Source: Hydrurus foetidus | Taxonomy: Eukaryota | Length of the DNA stretch: 60,279 bases | Direction of reading: 5' to 3' | NCBI GenBank assembly: GCA_900617105.1 | Contig: UYFQ01000112.1 | Coordinates: forward strand, 1-60,279 | Shown here: positions 10,863-28,500 of the stretch, piece after piece | Numbering within the stretch: the stretch's first letter is position 1 | Layout of the letters: every line of letters starts with the position of its first letter | Position numbers and translations under genes: made by a program | The notes under the pieces: generated by a model | Databases searched by the model: none | The model's input: only the letters and a program-made list of their open reading frames with translations | What the model was told of the DNA's origin: nothing

Positions 10863-11902
10863 ATTTTCAATTATTTCCTCATAGTAACAGCTCACAAAAA
10901 TCACTCACTAAATCACTTATAAATCACTAATCATCATAAAGTCGTCTAGTATGACAAGTGATTTACCGCTGTTTGTCATTGCAAACAAAGTCACAATTTG
11001 TTCAATCGCTTTCTTCTTTACTGATCAACTTTATATCGCTCTCATACTTGCTGATTCAAACACTCCATCGTGTATTTATTATTTATTGCCATTAATGCCA
11101 CTATGTCATGCAAATCGCATGAAATTGAATTGACTTATCTTTATCACTGCTGAAGCTGGTTAGCTACTTCTCTTATTTTATTCGGTGGCGATTCGTAACA
11201 ACTACACCACTGTCATGTCATATTTTATGACTCCTAACTTTAACAATAATTTTGGAAACACTCTTATAATTAAAGAAATTGCACTGCTTCGGATTAATTT
11301 AGAGTTGATTTTCACTCTGTGCGGGCTATCATAGCCATTTGTAGAATTATTTTGTAACATATTGTATTAGTTGTGATATAAACCACTTTTCTTCTATTCT
11401 TTTTTCCTTCTCACTTCGTCACAAATGAAGCTTAGAACCTCCGTTACAATAACACAAATTGGATAACACCATCATAAAATTGCTGTAATATCATAAACAA
11501 GATACGGAAATTATTCTATGCCACAAATGTGAATTACTTTTTCCCCACTTTCTATTTTGGCATGCGAAATATGATCTAGTTCCTTTCATATCTGTTACAT
11601 CAGAGCATCCTCTAGCCTCTAGCTAAGCAGAAAACCAACTGTGAAGAAGAGAGAGATTCGAAAGATGTCGCCCAGAACTGAAATTTGCTGTACGCAATCT
11701 GCATCTATAACAGTTGTGGATTGTGTTCAGACGGATTAAAGAAAAGTTCGACAAAATAATTAAGTTTATGTCACAAAATTATACAAATATAAACCCATCT
11801 TGATAATCGATGAGAGGAAAGTCAGTCTGATTAGCTTGTGATAGTGCCCGAAGGAAGAAACGCATCTCAGAATTGTGTATCAAAATGTTCCTATCGAATA
11901 CA

Positions 11903-12232
11903 TCAATCATCTTTTCTTTCTGCATCTGTGGGTTTGTGAGAGTTTAGGAGTGATTGCAGTGCTAAATTCTGTCCTGATGTTCCATTTGAAAAAGCTTCAA
12001 GACTATTCCCCTTCTCAGCTGCCTTCTGCCTCATCAGTTCTCCATGTACTCCAAGATTTTTCACTGACTGTGCTGTCGACCACTCCATAATGTAGTACCC
12101 AATCACAACTGGTATAGTGAAGTAGACCACCTGCGCCACCTTGAGGTAGAATGGACTAAGCGGATATCTGAAAGCATGAATGCGCTTCTTCAGCGCCTCA
12201 TGACGACTCGGGATGCTGCGCAAAAATTCCAT
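11903..12232 (-). CDS. Small hypothetical single-pass membrane protein
   Basis: Intronless ORF of about 109 aa with one hydrophobic helix (VVYFTIPVVIGYYIM). Confidence 0.6.
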   Translation of the reverse strand: MEFLRSIPSRHEALKKRIHAFRYPLSPFYLKVAQVVYFTIPVVIGYYIMEWSTAQSVKNLGVHGELMRQKAAEKGNSLEAFSNGTSGQNLALQSLLNSHKPTDAERKDD

Positions 12233-13349
12233 TGGCGAAGACATCAGAATTTATTTTCGCAACGCGGATACGGATTATGCAGAAAAGCCAGAAAGTTCCA
12301 GCCGTTCGTTTAAAATGGATTTTAAAGGAGGCAGTCAAGGATGGAGAAGGTGAGTTGAGAAGTTTTGTTCCACAAAAGCTTCTGAGAGAACAGTCAGATT
12401 TTGCTGTGCTGTACTGTGTACACTATCCCTTGTGACGTGCTACCGTAACGTACGCGTTGGAAATCTGATGAATTTCCGAACATTTGCTGTTTTCTTTGTT
12501 ACATGAATCGTTCGGAGTTCGGATACCCGTTTCTGTTTCAGAACCCCTTCTGCGATAGGATTGGATTATGTGAAGGTGATGGAGCTAAAGCAGAAGAACA
12601 AAGAAAAACCACTGTAGAATCATTAAATCGCACAAACTTACTATTAGTTACATCTTGTTTAGAAAAAAGTCGATCACTGGCGAGCAATTTTTAGACATAT
12701 TTGTCAAATCAAAAAAAATTGCCCGCAATATAGGGAGTGCCGTGCTTTATGTGGGGTATTGTGTACGGTGGGTCCTGTACTGTCACGTAGCCGATTTTCG
12801 GCGCAATATTGCGATGTACGAGCATAACAATGTATACACCTATACCCAAAATCTACAATGAATGCAGACGTATTGCTAGTGAAAAGAATAGAAAAGGGGT
12901 TATGTGCGACAAAATGTCTCTAGTAACTAGTAAGACTGAAGCGGCTAATTTCAGGCCGCGCCAGCGATGTGGTTTGGGGTTGTCGTAAATCTAATTCACC
13001 GACAAAAATGATGTACAGTACAGTAGGTAACGGGAAGTAAGGTAAGGTAAGGTAGGGTGCAGAGAAGTACTATGAGACAAAAAAGACCGCTCCCCTACTC
13101 ACTATAAATGGAATTATCAATTTGAATGCTGCGTATGATTCCAAATGACCCACTTACTTCTCGACGAAATCGACTTTTAAGTTGTGATTCTTATTAAATA
13201 GCATCAAATCAGATCTTGTCAGTTTATTTTGCCCATTCACTATCTTAATCTCTTCTCCACATTATGTCCATCAAGTCTCTCTCTCTCCTATTCTCTCTCC
13301 CTCACTGTTTCTCTCTCCCTCAATCCCTCTTACAAATTAGCCCAACTCA

Positions 13350-16287
<2,938 letters not shown>

Positions 16288-17137
16288 TCTGATAATTCGA
16301 CTGTTTTTTTTTTTGCGATGTCTCGATCAACAACCTTTCTCTACTCACTCCTAAGGACTACAGGTCTCTTTATGATCGGCTCTCCAGCTCGCAACTTATG
16401 CTGAGATTTGTGTTTGCTGAGATTTGTGTTACTGCTTCTGACCAATCTCTGTGTCTTTGATCTGTTCGGACTACTGAAAGTGTCGGCTTTCTGTCACGAA
16501 GTCACTTTCTTTGACTTGAATCAATCGTTTTGATTTGTTTTCGGTCACTTTGTCGCAACGAACGCACACCGACGCGCATTATTTGTGGCGAAGAAAGTGG
16601 AAACGGTCACGCATTTTTGGAATTGGAATGATGATCCGTTGCGTGATCGGATACCGTAGAGATGACATCCGTTACTCACGAACAGATTTTGAAAAAAAAT
16701 GTACGTACTTCAAGCATGTCGGTAAAAGCACGACACGGAGGTACAGTACACGTACTACTTACTGCGATATTATGGAACTGTACCTACTGCAGGCATACAA
16801 TATAGCAACATCTTAACATCGCAACGGCAACCATCCATCACGCAGTTTGAAAATTCAATTACGAGGGGTACCATCGTGAACAATTGTATTGCACAGGGTT
16901 TCTCTGCCTGCTGACTGATCTGCCAGCATGTGTCTGTCTGACACATTATGATATCACATCTACATATGGCACACTAGAGAAAAAGTCATTTGATATTCGT
17001 TACTTGTCGACTTATCTCTAGATGTTCGGTTCATAGTTGTGATGATGAGTGACTTTTTCTTGCGAGAAAAGTTCTGAAACACATTTAGGATGAACTATGT
17101 ATTATTTAACATTACTAGAAACAAACAATCAGAGTGC

Positions 17138-19070
17138 CTAATTGCCATCATCATCACTATCTTCCTCATCATCATCGTCAACACCAAGGATATTAGAGAG
17201 AGCGAGTGCCATTGCTTCCGCTCTGCTGCGCCTCACTTCGTCACTCACTGTGCCGCTCATCGCTTCATCCCTGTACTCCTTCGCCTATCCCGTTGAAAGG
17301 AAAGAAGAGATGGCACAGATGTCATATGATAAGTTAAGAAATGAGCCATAGAAATGTGACATTTTCAGGTGGTATGCTGTTAGCATGATAATATGTGCTG
17401 TTAGAAGACGATCGGAAAAAAAGAAGGCGTCCAGGACAACGATTTCTGTCATTGGAGAATTAGGTAGTTGTGGCGCTGACTTCAGTAACGTCATACGAAT
17501 GTAAAACCTTAATGCAAATTAACTTTGAGAATTCTTCATGAAACAAAATAATCGTTCATAAAGCGAGGCGAATCAATGCATTGCAAGTTAAGGCAAACTA
17601 AAGCAAGGTAAAGTGAAGTACAGGCCAAAAAAAACAGAAGACGTAGGCCATATTTTCTGTACCTTGGAAATAACATCTGGATATTGTCCAAACAAAAGAT
17701 CGTCAACCTCATCACTGATTTCCTCCGTGTCATTAAAATCAGTTTTCGTATGAGTTTTTTTCACTTTGACTGGATTTTGATGGTTTGAGTTCTCAATAGA
17801 AAGAGAGTCAAACGAAACAGCTGGAATGTCATTTTGTCTTTGAGTCGGGGTGATATCTGTGAATGAATCAAGAAGTGAGATTTAGGAATCCAATAAGGAG
17901 TGACATGTTGGAATTGAATGAGGCATACGACTGAGAATCACATACAGTAAAACAGCTGATTTTCATTTGAAAGCACCTCATTTTATGCTACTGTGCAGTG
18001 CATCAGATAGAGTAAATAAAACACAGAATAGCGTACCTTGTTGTTTATCTTGTTGTTTCCGTATCATGGTGCTCCACATGTTGGAGTGCAATGCTTCCAT
18101 TAGACGTGGCAAACCTTCTTTCTCTCTATTCTTCCATCCTATTACATCATATCAAAGAAATCATCAGTGACAGTGATTGTGATTAAAAACGAGTCTCTGA
18201 CAAAAGGTGGATATATTGCAGATTAAGGTTTGAATCATTTTCCGAATAGTTTAGTTTTCGTTTTGAATGTTTTTTTCTCTCTTCACGAACATAAAAGAGG
18301 TGCAATGAAATACCTTCCGTGAGATTTGACTCATCTACTTCTATGTGTTCAAATCCCGAATCAAGAGTCCACAACATCCTGCTCATTCTTTCTTCATCGC
18401 TTAAATCAGAATCATCTATCCTCTGATGTTTCAGTTCAAATTTATAGGTTTTCAGCTAGCTTCTCACTGATTGCAGTTTAATTTGATTTTAGTGCTCCTA
18501 TTATTAGGCAGATTTACCTTCAAGGATATCAGTACTCGGACTGTTATCTTGGTGGATACATTGACAGCATTAATTAGAGAATTCCTCGATTGAGAGCAAA
18601 AAACCTTCAAAAGAGAAAAACGCATAGCACTTTGATTAATGACGAAATGCTCAAATGAAAATTTCGGAACTGACATAGATCAAACCTTATCATACGGAAC
18701 GATATCTAAGAAACATTCCGAAGACTCGAGATCTTTGATAAGAGACTCTATCCCGTATACTCCGTCAATAACTTCGCACTCATAGGGATTGAGCTTCAAT
18801 CTTGCGTCATAATACTTGGTTTTCAAATCAAACTCAACTGGAGAGCTGTGATAGGACCTGTATGTGTGTAACGAAGAGAGATACAGCTGAGGAAAGTCCA
18901 TGCAAAGTGACGATGGTGAGTAGGTACATCTACTCGACTACTAACCCAGATGAATCTGTGCTACTTAGTGCTCTGCTGGTTGCATCCATGTGGCACAATT
19001 CATCATATGACTTCATATACGATATCATTCTGTATACATCATGCAAGTCTCCACAAATAGAAATCGACAT
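17138..19070 (-). CDS. AAGAB: Alpha/gamma-adaptin-binding protein p34 (AAGAB/Irc6)-like; multi-exon
   Basis: Exon pieces in the expected order: FDLKTKYYDARL, WTLDSGFEHIEV, EKEGLPRLMEALHSNMWSTMIRK, and a last exon DEVRRSRAEAMALALSNILGVDDDEE* (stop 17138-17140). The start codon is inferred. Confidence 0.7.
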
Positions 19071-19391
19071 GGCACAGTTGAGAGCAAGATTTTACTGCAA
19101 GAATATCAGGTAACAATAGAAATGCGCGACTCGTCAGCAACTGCCGTCCTGCTACAGCTCCATCACTCCTTCCAAAATTATTTTGGGAGTCGTTTTGGAT
19201 CACACTCTCGCCTTTCGCCTTTCGCCTACATTGGCCAATAACCGACAATCCGACAATAATTTGTGTGCTCGACGAAACTAAGATAGTGCATCATAGAATT
19301 ATCTTCAACTTACTGCTATCGCTTTGCTCGGACAGAGAAGCCTGAGAGCAATGGGTGGAACTTGTTGTCTTTCGCGTGTTCGATTTTAGAG

Positions 19392-20159
19392 ATGCTAATC
19401 CATCACTCTCGCAGAGCTGCACTTCGGGTATGCCGACCTGTTCGTACAACATCTGCTCCTGCAAGAAGATTGCACTCCGTGAGTAAGGATCTGATGCCTT
19501 CAGCTGACAGCATGCCTGCATCTGCCAAAGAATGGGAATTTCATATTCTAGAAACTTGTGATCTGTCGAAAGCATCCGACTTGATACTGTTGTCCCAAAA
19601 ATCCATCTCGGATGAGATTGAACTTGGAGGACTGCAATCTCTGCTCAACGGAGCGTTAGTGAGGTTAGGCTTGAGATGTAGATCTCGCAATCGGCTTGCA
19701 AATCCGTCCATGGCACTCACCGGTGACTCAGTGATAATCGCTGCGACATTGCGGGGAACTACTGAAATTGCAGCGTTAGTTGAAGTTCATCTACTGACGC
19801 CAGATGGAGGATACGTCCCTATGTTTGGGAATCTGTTTCGATCTTCAACTCCTGTAGCTACCGACCAACCTTATCTATCCAATCTCTGCGTTGCAAATGA
19901 TCATAGGAAGAAGGGGTTGGGAAGACTACTATGCGAAGTGGCGCAGGAACTTGTTCTCACTAACTGGAAGAAGGAGTTCATGTTTCTGCACGTCCACAAG
20001 AACAATGTTGCTGCCAATGCGCTCTATAAGGCAATGGGATATCGTGAGGCAGCGACGAATAAAAAGTCATCGAATGAGAGGTCGGACACTCCCTCATATT
20101 ACAGAGTGGCCCTAAAGCGATCATGGACTACTGATTCTAGTGGACAAAAGAATGAGTGA
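19392..20159 (+). CDS. GNAT-family N-acetyltransferase, possibly organelle-targeted
   Basis: PYLSNLCV..HRKKGLGRLL (acetyl-CoA motif A), LHVHKNNVAANALYKAMGY; Arg/Ser-rich N-terminus. Confidence 0.85.
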   Translation: MLIHHSRRAALRVCRPVRTTSAPARRLHSVSKDLMPSADSMPASAKEWEFHILETCDLSKASDLILLSQKSISDEIELGGLQSLLNGALVRLGLRCRSRNRLANPSMALTGDSVIIAATLRGTTEIAALVEVHLLTPDGGYVPMFGNLFRSSTPVATDQPYLSNLCVANDHRKKGLGRLLCEVAQELVLTNWKKEFMFLHVHKNNVAANALYKAMGYREAATNKKSSNERSDTPSYYRVALKRSWTTDSSGQKNE

Positions 20160-20733
20160 GGAGCATTAATTGTGGCTGTGGGCATTCAGCACATTGTTCA
20201 TTAGGCTGTCTCTATTGGATTTACTGAATTTACAATTTATGGGTCATCAGAGATTAGATCTCGATGTGGTATTTTGATGAATGTGCAATAATCATCACAG
20301 AACACAGACCTAGATCTGTGAATCCGAATCCCGAAATCTAACAGATTGTCGCCCACATCTCACACCCGTACACACACAACATCTCCTACTGCCTATTGAT
20401 CCATGGAGGTGTAAATAGCGCTTTCCATATCAACACGAAATGGCAATATTCCATATGTTGATCCGCATTATTCTCTGGTGTTTGATTTCACTCAAGACAC
20501 ATATTACATGCCATATTTTCGTTACTGAAATAGACTCAGTGGGCACAGATGTTGTTAGACTTTATTTTCCAATATTCATTAATGAGGAATTACCCAGATC
20601 AAACCCGTTCTTTTTCACGTTCGGAGCAGTAGTGACTCAGAAATAGCATAGAAGAAAGAAGAATTCTCAATTTTAATGAAGCTGGTCGCCATTTTTCTTG
20701 CGACAAGAGCATCTGCGATGCCTTAGTGATGGC

Positions 20734-21420
20734 TCATATTTTATCAAAGTTCCGCTTTCTTGATGAAGAATCTTCTTTCTCTAATTTAATAGCGTTGGCG
20801 TTCGACTTCATGTCCGAGCGAAATTCTGCAACTAACTGTGCAAAATCATTGAGAACACCCTCCATTTTCTCGTTATGCTGTGCGAGAAGTAAGTGGTCTG
20901 ATTCGGTAGTCGTCCATGATTTATCTGGAGTGATTTGTGCCAGACTATCTTCCGGTGGTATCATGCAGCTCAATAGATGTGGAACTGATAAATCGGAATT
21001 AGTTAGCATTAGGATTTTGCGTGACTAAAATATGCCAGCAATAACTGATTAAGAAAACTCACTGGGAAATGCATTTTGGGGAGTGGGCTTCTTCGGAATG
21101 GGGACGCTAACGCAGAGAAGAGGATCAATGTTGTTGTACAGTGTGTCGAGTTGCTGAGCTACTGTCGTAAATTTTGACTGCAGAACAATGTCAAATAGTC
21201 AGTGGAGTCAGTGAGATGCTCGGCCTCTGAGATGTTTTAAGAGTTCTGTGATAATCATTCAGTACCAATAAGTATCCCCAGTCGGCCTTTTCATCTGGGA
21301 CATTTAGGGCTGGTAGAATACTATCCGCGATCGTGGCGATGGCCACTTTCCCAGAGGAGTCAAGCTTTCGAAGTGCTGCCCTGTCCATGAACAACAGTGT
21401 CACTTCATATCTGAGGTGCT
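20734..21420 (-). CDS. Probable exons of a hypothetical protein with a C-terminal coiled coil
   Basis: Coding-like ORFs 21191-21403 and 20734-21009; no recognisable domain and uncertain boundaries. Confidence 0.35.
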
Positions 21421-22571
21421 GAGAATAAAAATCTGAAGCGTCAGCATGTCACACTGATCTCGATAGATATGGGATACTGCTTTGAAGCAACTTGAAACTT
21501 CTTGAAACATTGTCAATTAATTCGACTGCTATTCAGTCGTTTAGATGAAAAGTTTCAGTATATTAGATGGATATTACAGTTTTATGACGCTGAACGGAGG
21601 AATTATTTCTATGAAGCAGGCTTTCTCATCGACTTGCTACAATTTGTTATCCTCCTTCAGCAGGTAACATAACTTGAACTTTTACTAACAAATATGATGA
21701 CACATTTCAGATCGTCAATTTCTCTCCATACGTCACACTCCAATAACTTTGATTGAAATTATTAATGTGGGACAAGTTCTAATGTTAAGAGAAACATCTC
21801 TCCAATCCACCACTTCAACTCACAAACGTTTTGTTTTTCAATTTTGTTGCCAGTGCAATTCTGTGTGGAAGAAAAGATGAAAATCTTTATTAGGAAATTC
21901 TGTCGAATCCAAATCGGAGAAAAAAATTGTGATCTTTTCATCAACAACATTTAATGAAGAAACCTGTTTCGTCAATTTTGCATTTGAAGATTTCAAATCG
22001 GTCTGAAGCTTAAACATTCTTCGGAAAATTAATTATTCGCAATATAATGGTCCAGATAAATGCAGTCATTAGCTTGTGCGTTAGAGAGATCAATGTCATT
22101 GTGCAGACTATTAATAAATAATAAATAATAAATAGTAAATCATAAGTAAGTAAACAAGAAAACAAGAAAACAAATGGAAGCAAAAAGGAAACAGGAAAAC
22201 GAAAATGGAAAAACATGCAGTCACGCAAAATCTATTTATCATATAAGATAAAACAGAAATATGTAAATCAGTAAAAGTCTAATGGTTGTTATTGGTTTGT
22301 TGACAAATTAGTTTCTTATCATGATCGTAGATGTATTTATTCTATATGTACAAATGCGACTTTTTAATTTTTAATTGTATGGAGTAATACGAGAACAATT
22401 TTAATTAATTTTCTACCGCGTTAATATCATCGTTTAATTTACTTCATTTCAGTTTGATTGAATTTCAACGCCAATTTTACAACTAATTATATTCGTATCA
22501 ACTTTTGCTTCGACGACTTCAACAATGTTATGTTCAGTTTTTGTTTTTTTGTATTCCGTATTTTGTATTCC

Positions 22572-25500
22572 TTACAAGTACCTCGACTGAATCGCAAGAA
22601 CGGACTACAAGAGGAAAAAGGGGTAGAGAAGAGTGAGAAAAAAATATGGAGAACTAGAAGAAATGAGGTGATGTTACCTGATATGAGTTAGGGTATGAAA
22701 AGTAACATACAGCCAATTTTAGCAAAGAGCAAAAATAGTAACTGTTCCAGCATACGACTGTATCTGTTATAATTTGATCAACTTACATCACTTTCTAGAG
22801 CAGAATATTCCTCTTCAAATCCACTACCAAAATCCGTGGACCTAGAACCAAATCCGGCAGAAATTCCAGAACTCCCCAGGGAGAGTGAAAAACTGTTTAC
22901 CCCAGGTAGATGAAACCTGGACCCAGCAGATTCCATGTTTGATCCCTCCAGGGGATACCCATCATCCGATCTTCGCATTTTTAAGGTATTTACTGTATCT
23001 GTTGTATTTCTGTTTCGAATATGTAGATGTGCGGATTTTTTTTTCATTCTGTGCCGTTCTTTTTCTAATCGAGGATCTTCATTATATCTCTTATTTAAAG
23101 GGTTATATAAGCCTAAATTAGCCTGGTTATTAGAGAGATTGTTTCGGAATGTATTGTGATGAGATTGACTCTGAGGAGGACAGAAAGAGGAAGAGAGAGA
23201 GGTAGTGTAAGAGGAAGAGGAGGAGGAGGAGTCAGGATGGTTGAAAGTCGCGAATAGCGTTTCCCTCCTCTCTTCTTCCTCTTCGTGTTCTTCTTCATTT
23301 CTGTTTATCTCTCCTCTATTCTTCCTCTCATCCCTTTCCTCATACCCTCCTTCTCCTCCTCCTCTTTCTCTTCCACTTTCTCTTTCTCTTTCAGTCTCTC
23401 TCTCTTATCCTCATTCATCTCATTCTTTATTCTTTCAGAGTATGAACTGTGTCTTGTATTATCACCGTTATCAAACTTTGATTGCTTTGTGTGGTCATAT
23501 TCATTTGGATATTTGTTATATAATCCGCTATTTTTATATTGATCAATATCGTCTTTTGTCATTGTTGCTGTTGTTTCGGTGATGTAGATGTGCCTTTATT
23601 AATTCTCTTGCAGCCCTGACACCTACTTCTTCTCTCACATCTCTACTTCTTTCTCTACCTCTTCCTTCATCCAGTTCATTCCGTTCTTCTCTTCTCACGT
23701 TTGCTTCGTACCTATCTTTTTCCTCTTTCTTCTTCATTTCCATTTTTTTGAAATACATTGCATCATTGGCATTTTTATGTTCCAATAAATAATTATCCAC
23801 AACTTCAAAACTCTGACGAATGAAATCCGTTATTTTGGGTGGTGATGGGAAATCCGTTTGCACGGGATCATCAGCAGTTGAATACTGATTTAGAGAAGTA
23901 ACGGTTTTGCCATTATTTTCGTTGATTTGATTTGAATTGTGTTTTATAAACGGTTCTCTGCTGTTATTGGTAGTACGATGATTCACATCATTAAAATCAA
24001 CATTAGATTTATTATCTTTTAATTTGCTGTTACTACCATTATTTGTATTATAATTCGAGGATAAACCTAATTCGTTGAATCTCGTACTGAATATTTCATC
24101 TCCTTTGCCAGATGATAAAATTTGGTTTTTATTCATTGCAAAATGTTGTTCTGAATTAAAGTTATTGAACGGTTCTGGGACGTATTCCGTATTTTGGAGA
24201 ATAACGGATTCTGAAAGTGATTCCATAACATATTCGCTTTCATCGTAATTTTCGTTTTCGTATTTTTGATTGTTAAATTCCACATCAAAACGGTTTTTGC
24301 TGCTCAAATTTTTGGTAGGAATCTCATTTTGAAATCTGTTTTTGTCAATGGTTTCATTTTCACGATTTTTGCTCGAATAATTTAAGTGAGAAAAATTCCC
24401 TTGTGTTGAGTTTCGCAATTCATCCCTCTCCATATTAGGCCTTTTATCAGATTGATTTTTATTATAACTGTCATCTAATTCAATCGAATTATTATCTGTA
24501 ATCATGGGTCCACGGTCCAAATAATCGTTTGAATTCTCACTTTCATGATTATTTTTATTATAATTCTTTCTCCCATTTTCACTGTTATTCTCATGTTTAT
24601 CGTAACTTCGATTTACACTACCATGATAACTTATGTTTAATCGTCCTTCTCTACTATCATTCACAGTTGAGAGAAACATCGAAGTTGTCGTTCTCGCGTA
24701 CTTACGTACATCGTCTGAGTACGTTCCAACATTATCTATACGGTTTGTAAAAGTGAAATTCTTGTCTGTTACTTTATTATTTATCTCCGTATTTTCGTAT
24801 CTGATGTGATCTTCATCATTTGTGTCGATGTTGTTATGGTCACGTATCATTTTATTACTATCTTCATTCACTACTCCGAAACTGCTTGTATCGGATTGAT
24901 TATTAGTATTATCATTATTATTGTAAGATTTCATAAATTTTGAAATATCATCCTTTTCTCCATTTTTAGTGCGACATTCATACTCTCCCCTAAAATCCCG
25001 ACTATTCAATAATTTTGAATATAGTGCGGAATTCCCGTGATTTAGTATTTCTCCCTCAAATTTATCATATCCGCTTTTTTTCTCTTTCGCTAGTGAGAGA
25101 ACGAGAACTTTCAATTCTTCAACTTGATTTTGTAAATTTGAAATTTTATTCTCTTGTTCTAAAAATAAATTTGTTGTTTTTTCATCATGGAAATTATTTT
25201 GGATATTCAAATGTTTTCTGCAGTGATTAGAATGTTCATTTGCTTCGTTATCATTTATTTGATTAGCATGTTTAAAATTATTCCCAAGATTTTGCGTTTT
25301 AATATTCATTTTCATTTCGAAAGAATTGCGCAGCTTTGTGATAGCTCCATTATTAATATTGTTCCTCTCTCTGCTACCATCATACTGTGCGATTTGATAG
25401 CATTCATTATCATCACCTCTACCTCTTTCACTCCCTCTATTCCTATCACCACCTCTATTACCATTCACCTCTTCATATCTCCCTTCCTTCTCTCTCATAA

Positions 25501-28500
25501 CTCTTCTGTCATCCTCCGCATCTCTTTCCCAATTACTTCCCTTCCTTCCTTCTCCGCCGCTACCGTAAGATCTATCAAGGGATTCCCTCATATCGGAAGG
25601 GTTCCCGCTTCTTTGAAGGGGTACAGGGCCAGCCCCACCTATTCCCTTGTGTTCACCTCTATTTCCGGCTAATATCCGATCAGGTCTTCCGGCTCCTGTC
25701 AATCTATCACTGCGCTGCCCCGTGTCTCCACTCTCACCTCTATCTGCTCCATCATCACCCCTCGCAGCTCGTCCCTCTCTTTCCTCTCCTCTCCCTTCTC
25801 TCCCATTCCTGTTCATCATCATATTACCCTCTACATCACTTTCCCTGTCTCCAATGTCTCCTTTATTTCCATTACTTTCTCTACTTTCTCTCATTTGTTC
25901 TCTAACACTTAAACTATTCTCTCCTGAATAATGTCTGCTCATCCGCTGGTTCGTAAGTTGAGCAGACGAAGAAGAGGAAGGAAAAGAAGAGGATGGAGAT
26001 GACGAAGAGACAAACAAAGAAGAGGGGGAAGAAGAGGAAGAAGTAGAGGAAGAAGGAAGATGTGCAGTAGGTGCAGTATACGGACTGTTGTAGGAACGGG
26101 AGAGGGACCTTTGGCCGAATCTGTCCCCATTCAGGGGGGCGGGACTTACGGAATTTTGTTGGGAGGTGGACAAAGGACGGGCGAGAGAGCTTGACTTTGA
26201 GTAACGATTGGGATATGAGAGGAAGAGGGGGAGAGGAAGGGGGAGAAAGGAGGAAAAGGGAGGAAGGAGAAAGGGAGAGGAGGGAATGGATAAATGATGG
26301 AGGAAGGAGGGAGGAAGATGAAAGGAAGGAAGAAGGTGGAGGGAAGGAGATAGAGGAAGATGAATCAGATCTACGGTATGTGGAAGGATCTGCCGTATCT
26401 AGCCGAGGTTTGTTACCGTGCAAGTACCCTTGAGAGGGAGAAGGTGCGGTAAAATTGGTTTTGTCGTCGGCAGAGTGCAAGCAGGCTGAGTGGGATTGGG
26501 AGGGTGAGTGGGAACTGTGCGATGAGGGTGACTGTTTACGTGGATCGGAATTAGAAGTAGAGGAGGATGAATAAGGATGAGAGTGGGGATGGGAAAGACG
26601 CAATGCGGATGAGGAAGAAGAAGAAGAAGAGGACGAAGAAGAGGAAGAAGAAGAGGAAGAGGAAGAAGGGTAAGAGGGAGTGGGAAAAGATGGAGTAGCT
26701 GAAATTGTGTGTGTGCCTCGCATGGGGATTGGTGCGACAATCCTCGGAACTGGGGTCGATGATTCTAGATTAACTGTGCTACCTGACGAGAAAGTGTTCT
26801 GACAGTCTGTAGCTGAAGACAAATTGTTCCCTCTTCGGATTCTTTCTCTTTCTCTTTTTCTTTCTCTTTCCATCTCTCTTTCCATCTCTCTTTCTCTGTC
26901 TATGATTCTTTGATCATCTCTGTCTCTCATCTCTCTCCTTCTCTTCTCCTCCTCTACCTCTCACTTCCATAATCTCTCATATTTTTATTCAGATTTTCAT
27001 TTTCATGGTCTTTACTATTGACTTCATTGCGCAACATTACTTCCTCTTTCTCTCTTTCTTTATCTCTTTCCCTTTCTCTTCCCCCTCCCCACCCCCTCTC
27101 CTTTTTATCATCTTCATTTCTCAACTGGTCATTTCCAGCTCCACCTCCACCTCCAACTTCAACTTCAAGTTGAATCGGAACATCGTTTCTTACGTCATCA
27201 GAACATGATCGAAAAGAAGATATCGTGTCGACTCTAGTCAATTGTCGGAATCTGCAGAGTACAGGTTCCGTGTGGCCTCCGAAAGCATTAGTTGATGTGG
27301 ATGCTGGAGACCCTATCAGTGAGGGTAGTGATGAATGATATGATATGATATGATATTAGGTATTGATATGTGATTGAGATGACAATGGAAATGAGAAAAA
27401 GAAATAATGCCGTCAAGCTAATTATTCTTTGACTTTTACTAAAAATAATTATATCAATTAAAATATGAGGGGTGGATCTTGAACCTTTTCGATTCCAAGC
27501 TACGTCCAAATCCACTGTGAAATCCAAACAAATAAAATCCTTCGGGTCTGAAAGTGTTATACTCGACAATAATTCAGACTCCTTTTTAGTATTAATGTCA
27601 TTGATTTTAGTGGCGGATGAGGATGATTGGGAGAGGAAGAAAGAAGAGGAAGAAGGGACGTGTGATGTTACTATCGTTCTTCTCACTTCGTAACACTCCA
27701 CTTGGGTGTCACCAAAATTCACCTGGGGAATTTTAAGGAGTACAAATAAGAAAGGGTAATATAATATAGTGTATCAAATATATAATAGAGATGCAAGATA
27801 AGATTAGGTAAGATGAAACAGAAGCGAACTAAATAAAATTGAGCACAATTGAGTTGGACAGAAAAAAAAATATTTGCTTGATGAAGCAGAGGTGCGCTAA
27901 GTTGGAAAAGTGGTCAATAAATATGGCAACGATTGAAATTGATGAAAATGATCACAAAAAGTTGCGATTGAAATTGATGAAATTACAGGAACACAAGTGA
28001 CAACAGTCACAACTATGACAACAATGACAACAATTTAGCGATGAATCAATGATCATCATTTGATCGACAATTTCATAACAGATTTCACAAAAGTGAAGTT
28101 CTAAATTAATATTGATCATGAGAGAAATCAAATGGCAGGAAAACAGGAATAGTTAATGGTGAGGTAATGGAAACAGAAATAATGGCAACAGTAAGAACAA
28201 CAGCAATCACGATAAAAATGATCGCAGTAGTCGTGATCACAATTCGTCCAGCAATGTCACAGCACAAACAATGGTGTAAAAGCACCAACATCAAAAATGC
28301 AGATTCAACATCAAATTCCGCTCAACTTACCAGCAAAAAAGTTTCTTTCTCAAAAAATACTTTGTCTCTCAAATGTTCACTGCACAGAAATCTCGTCAAT
28401 ATCGCCCATGTTAGTGGATTCTGTAAATGAGAATTCGCAGAATTCTGATCCTTGTTCTGACACTGAGTATCCGATCTATCAAAATTGCTAAGATTTTTTT

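Noticed and set aside
25914..26930. 338-aa Ser-rich ORF as a separate gene
   Set aside because: It is better explained as a low-complexity exon of the STIL-like gene reading into an intron.
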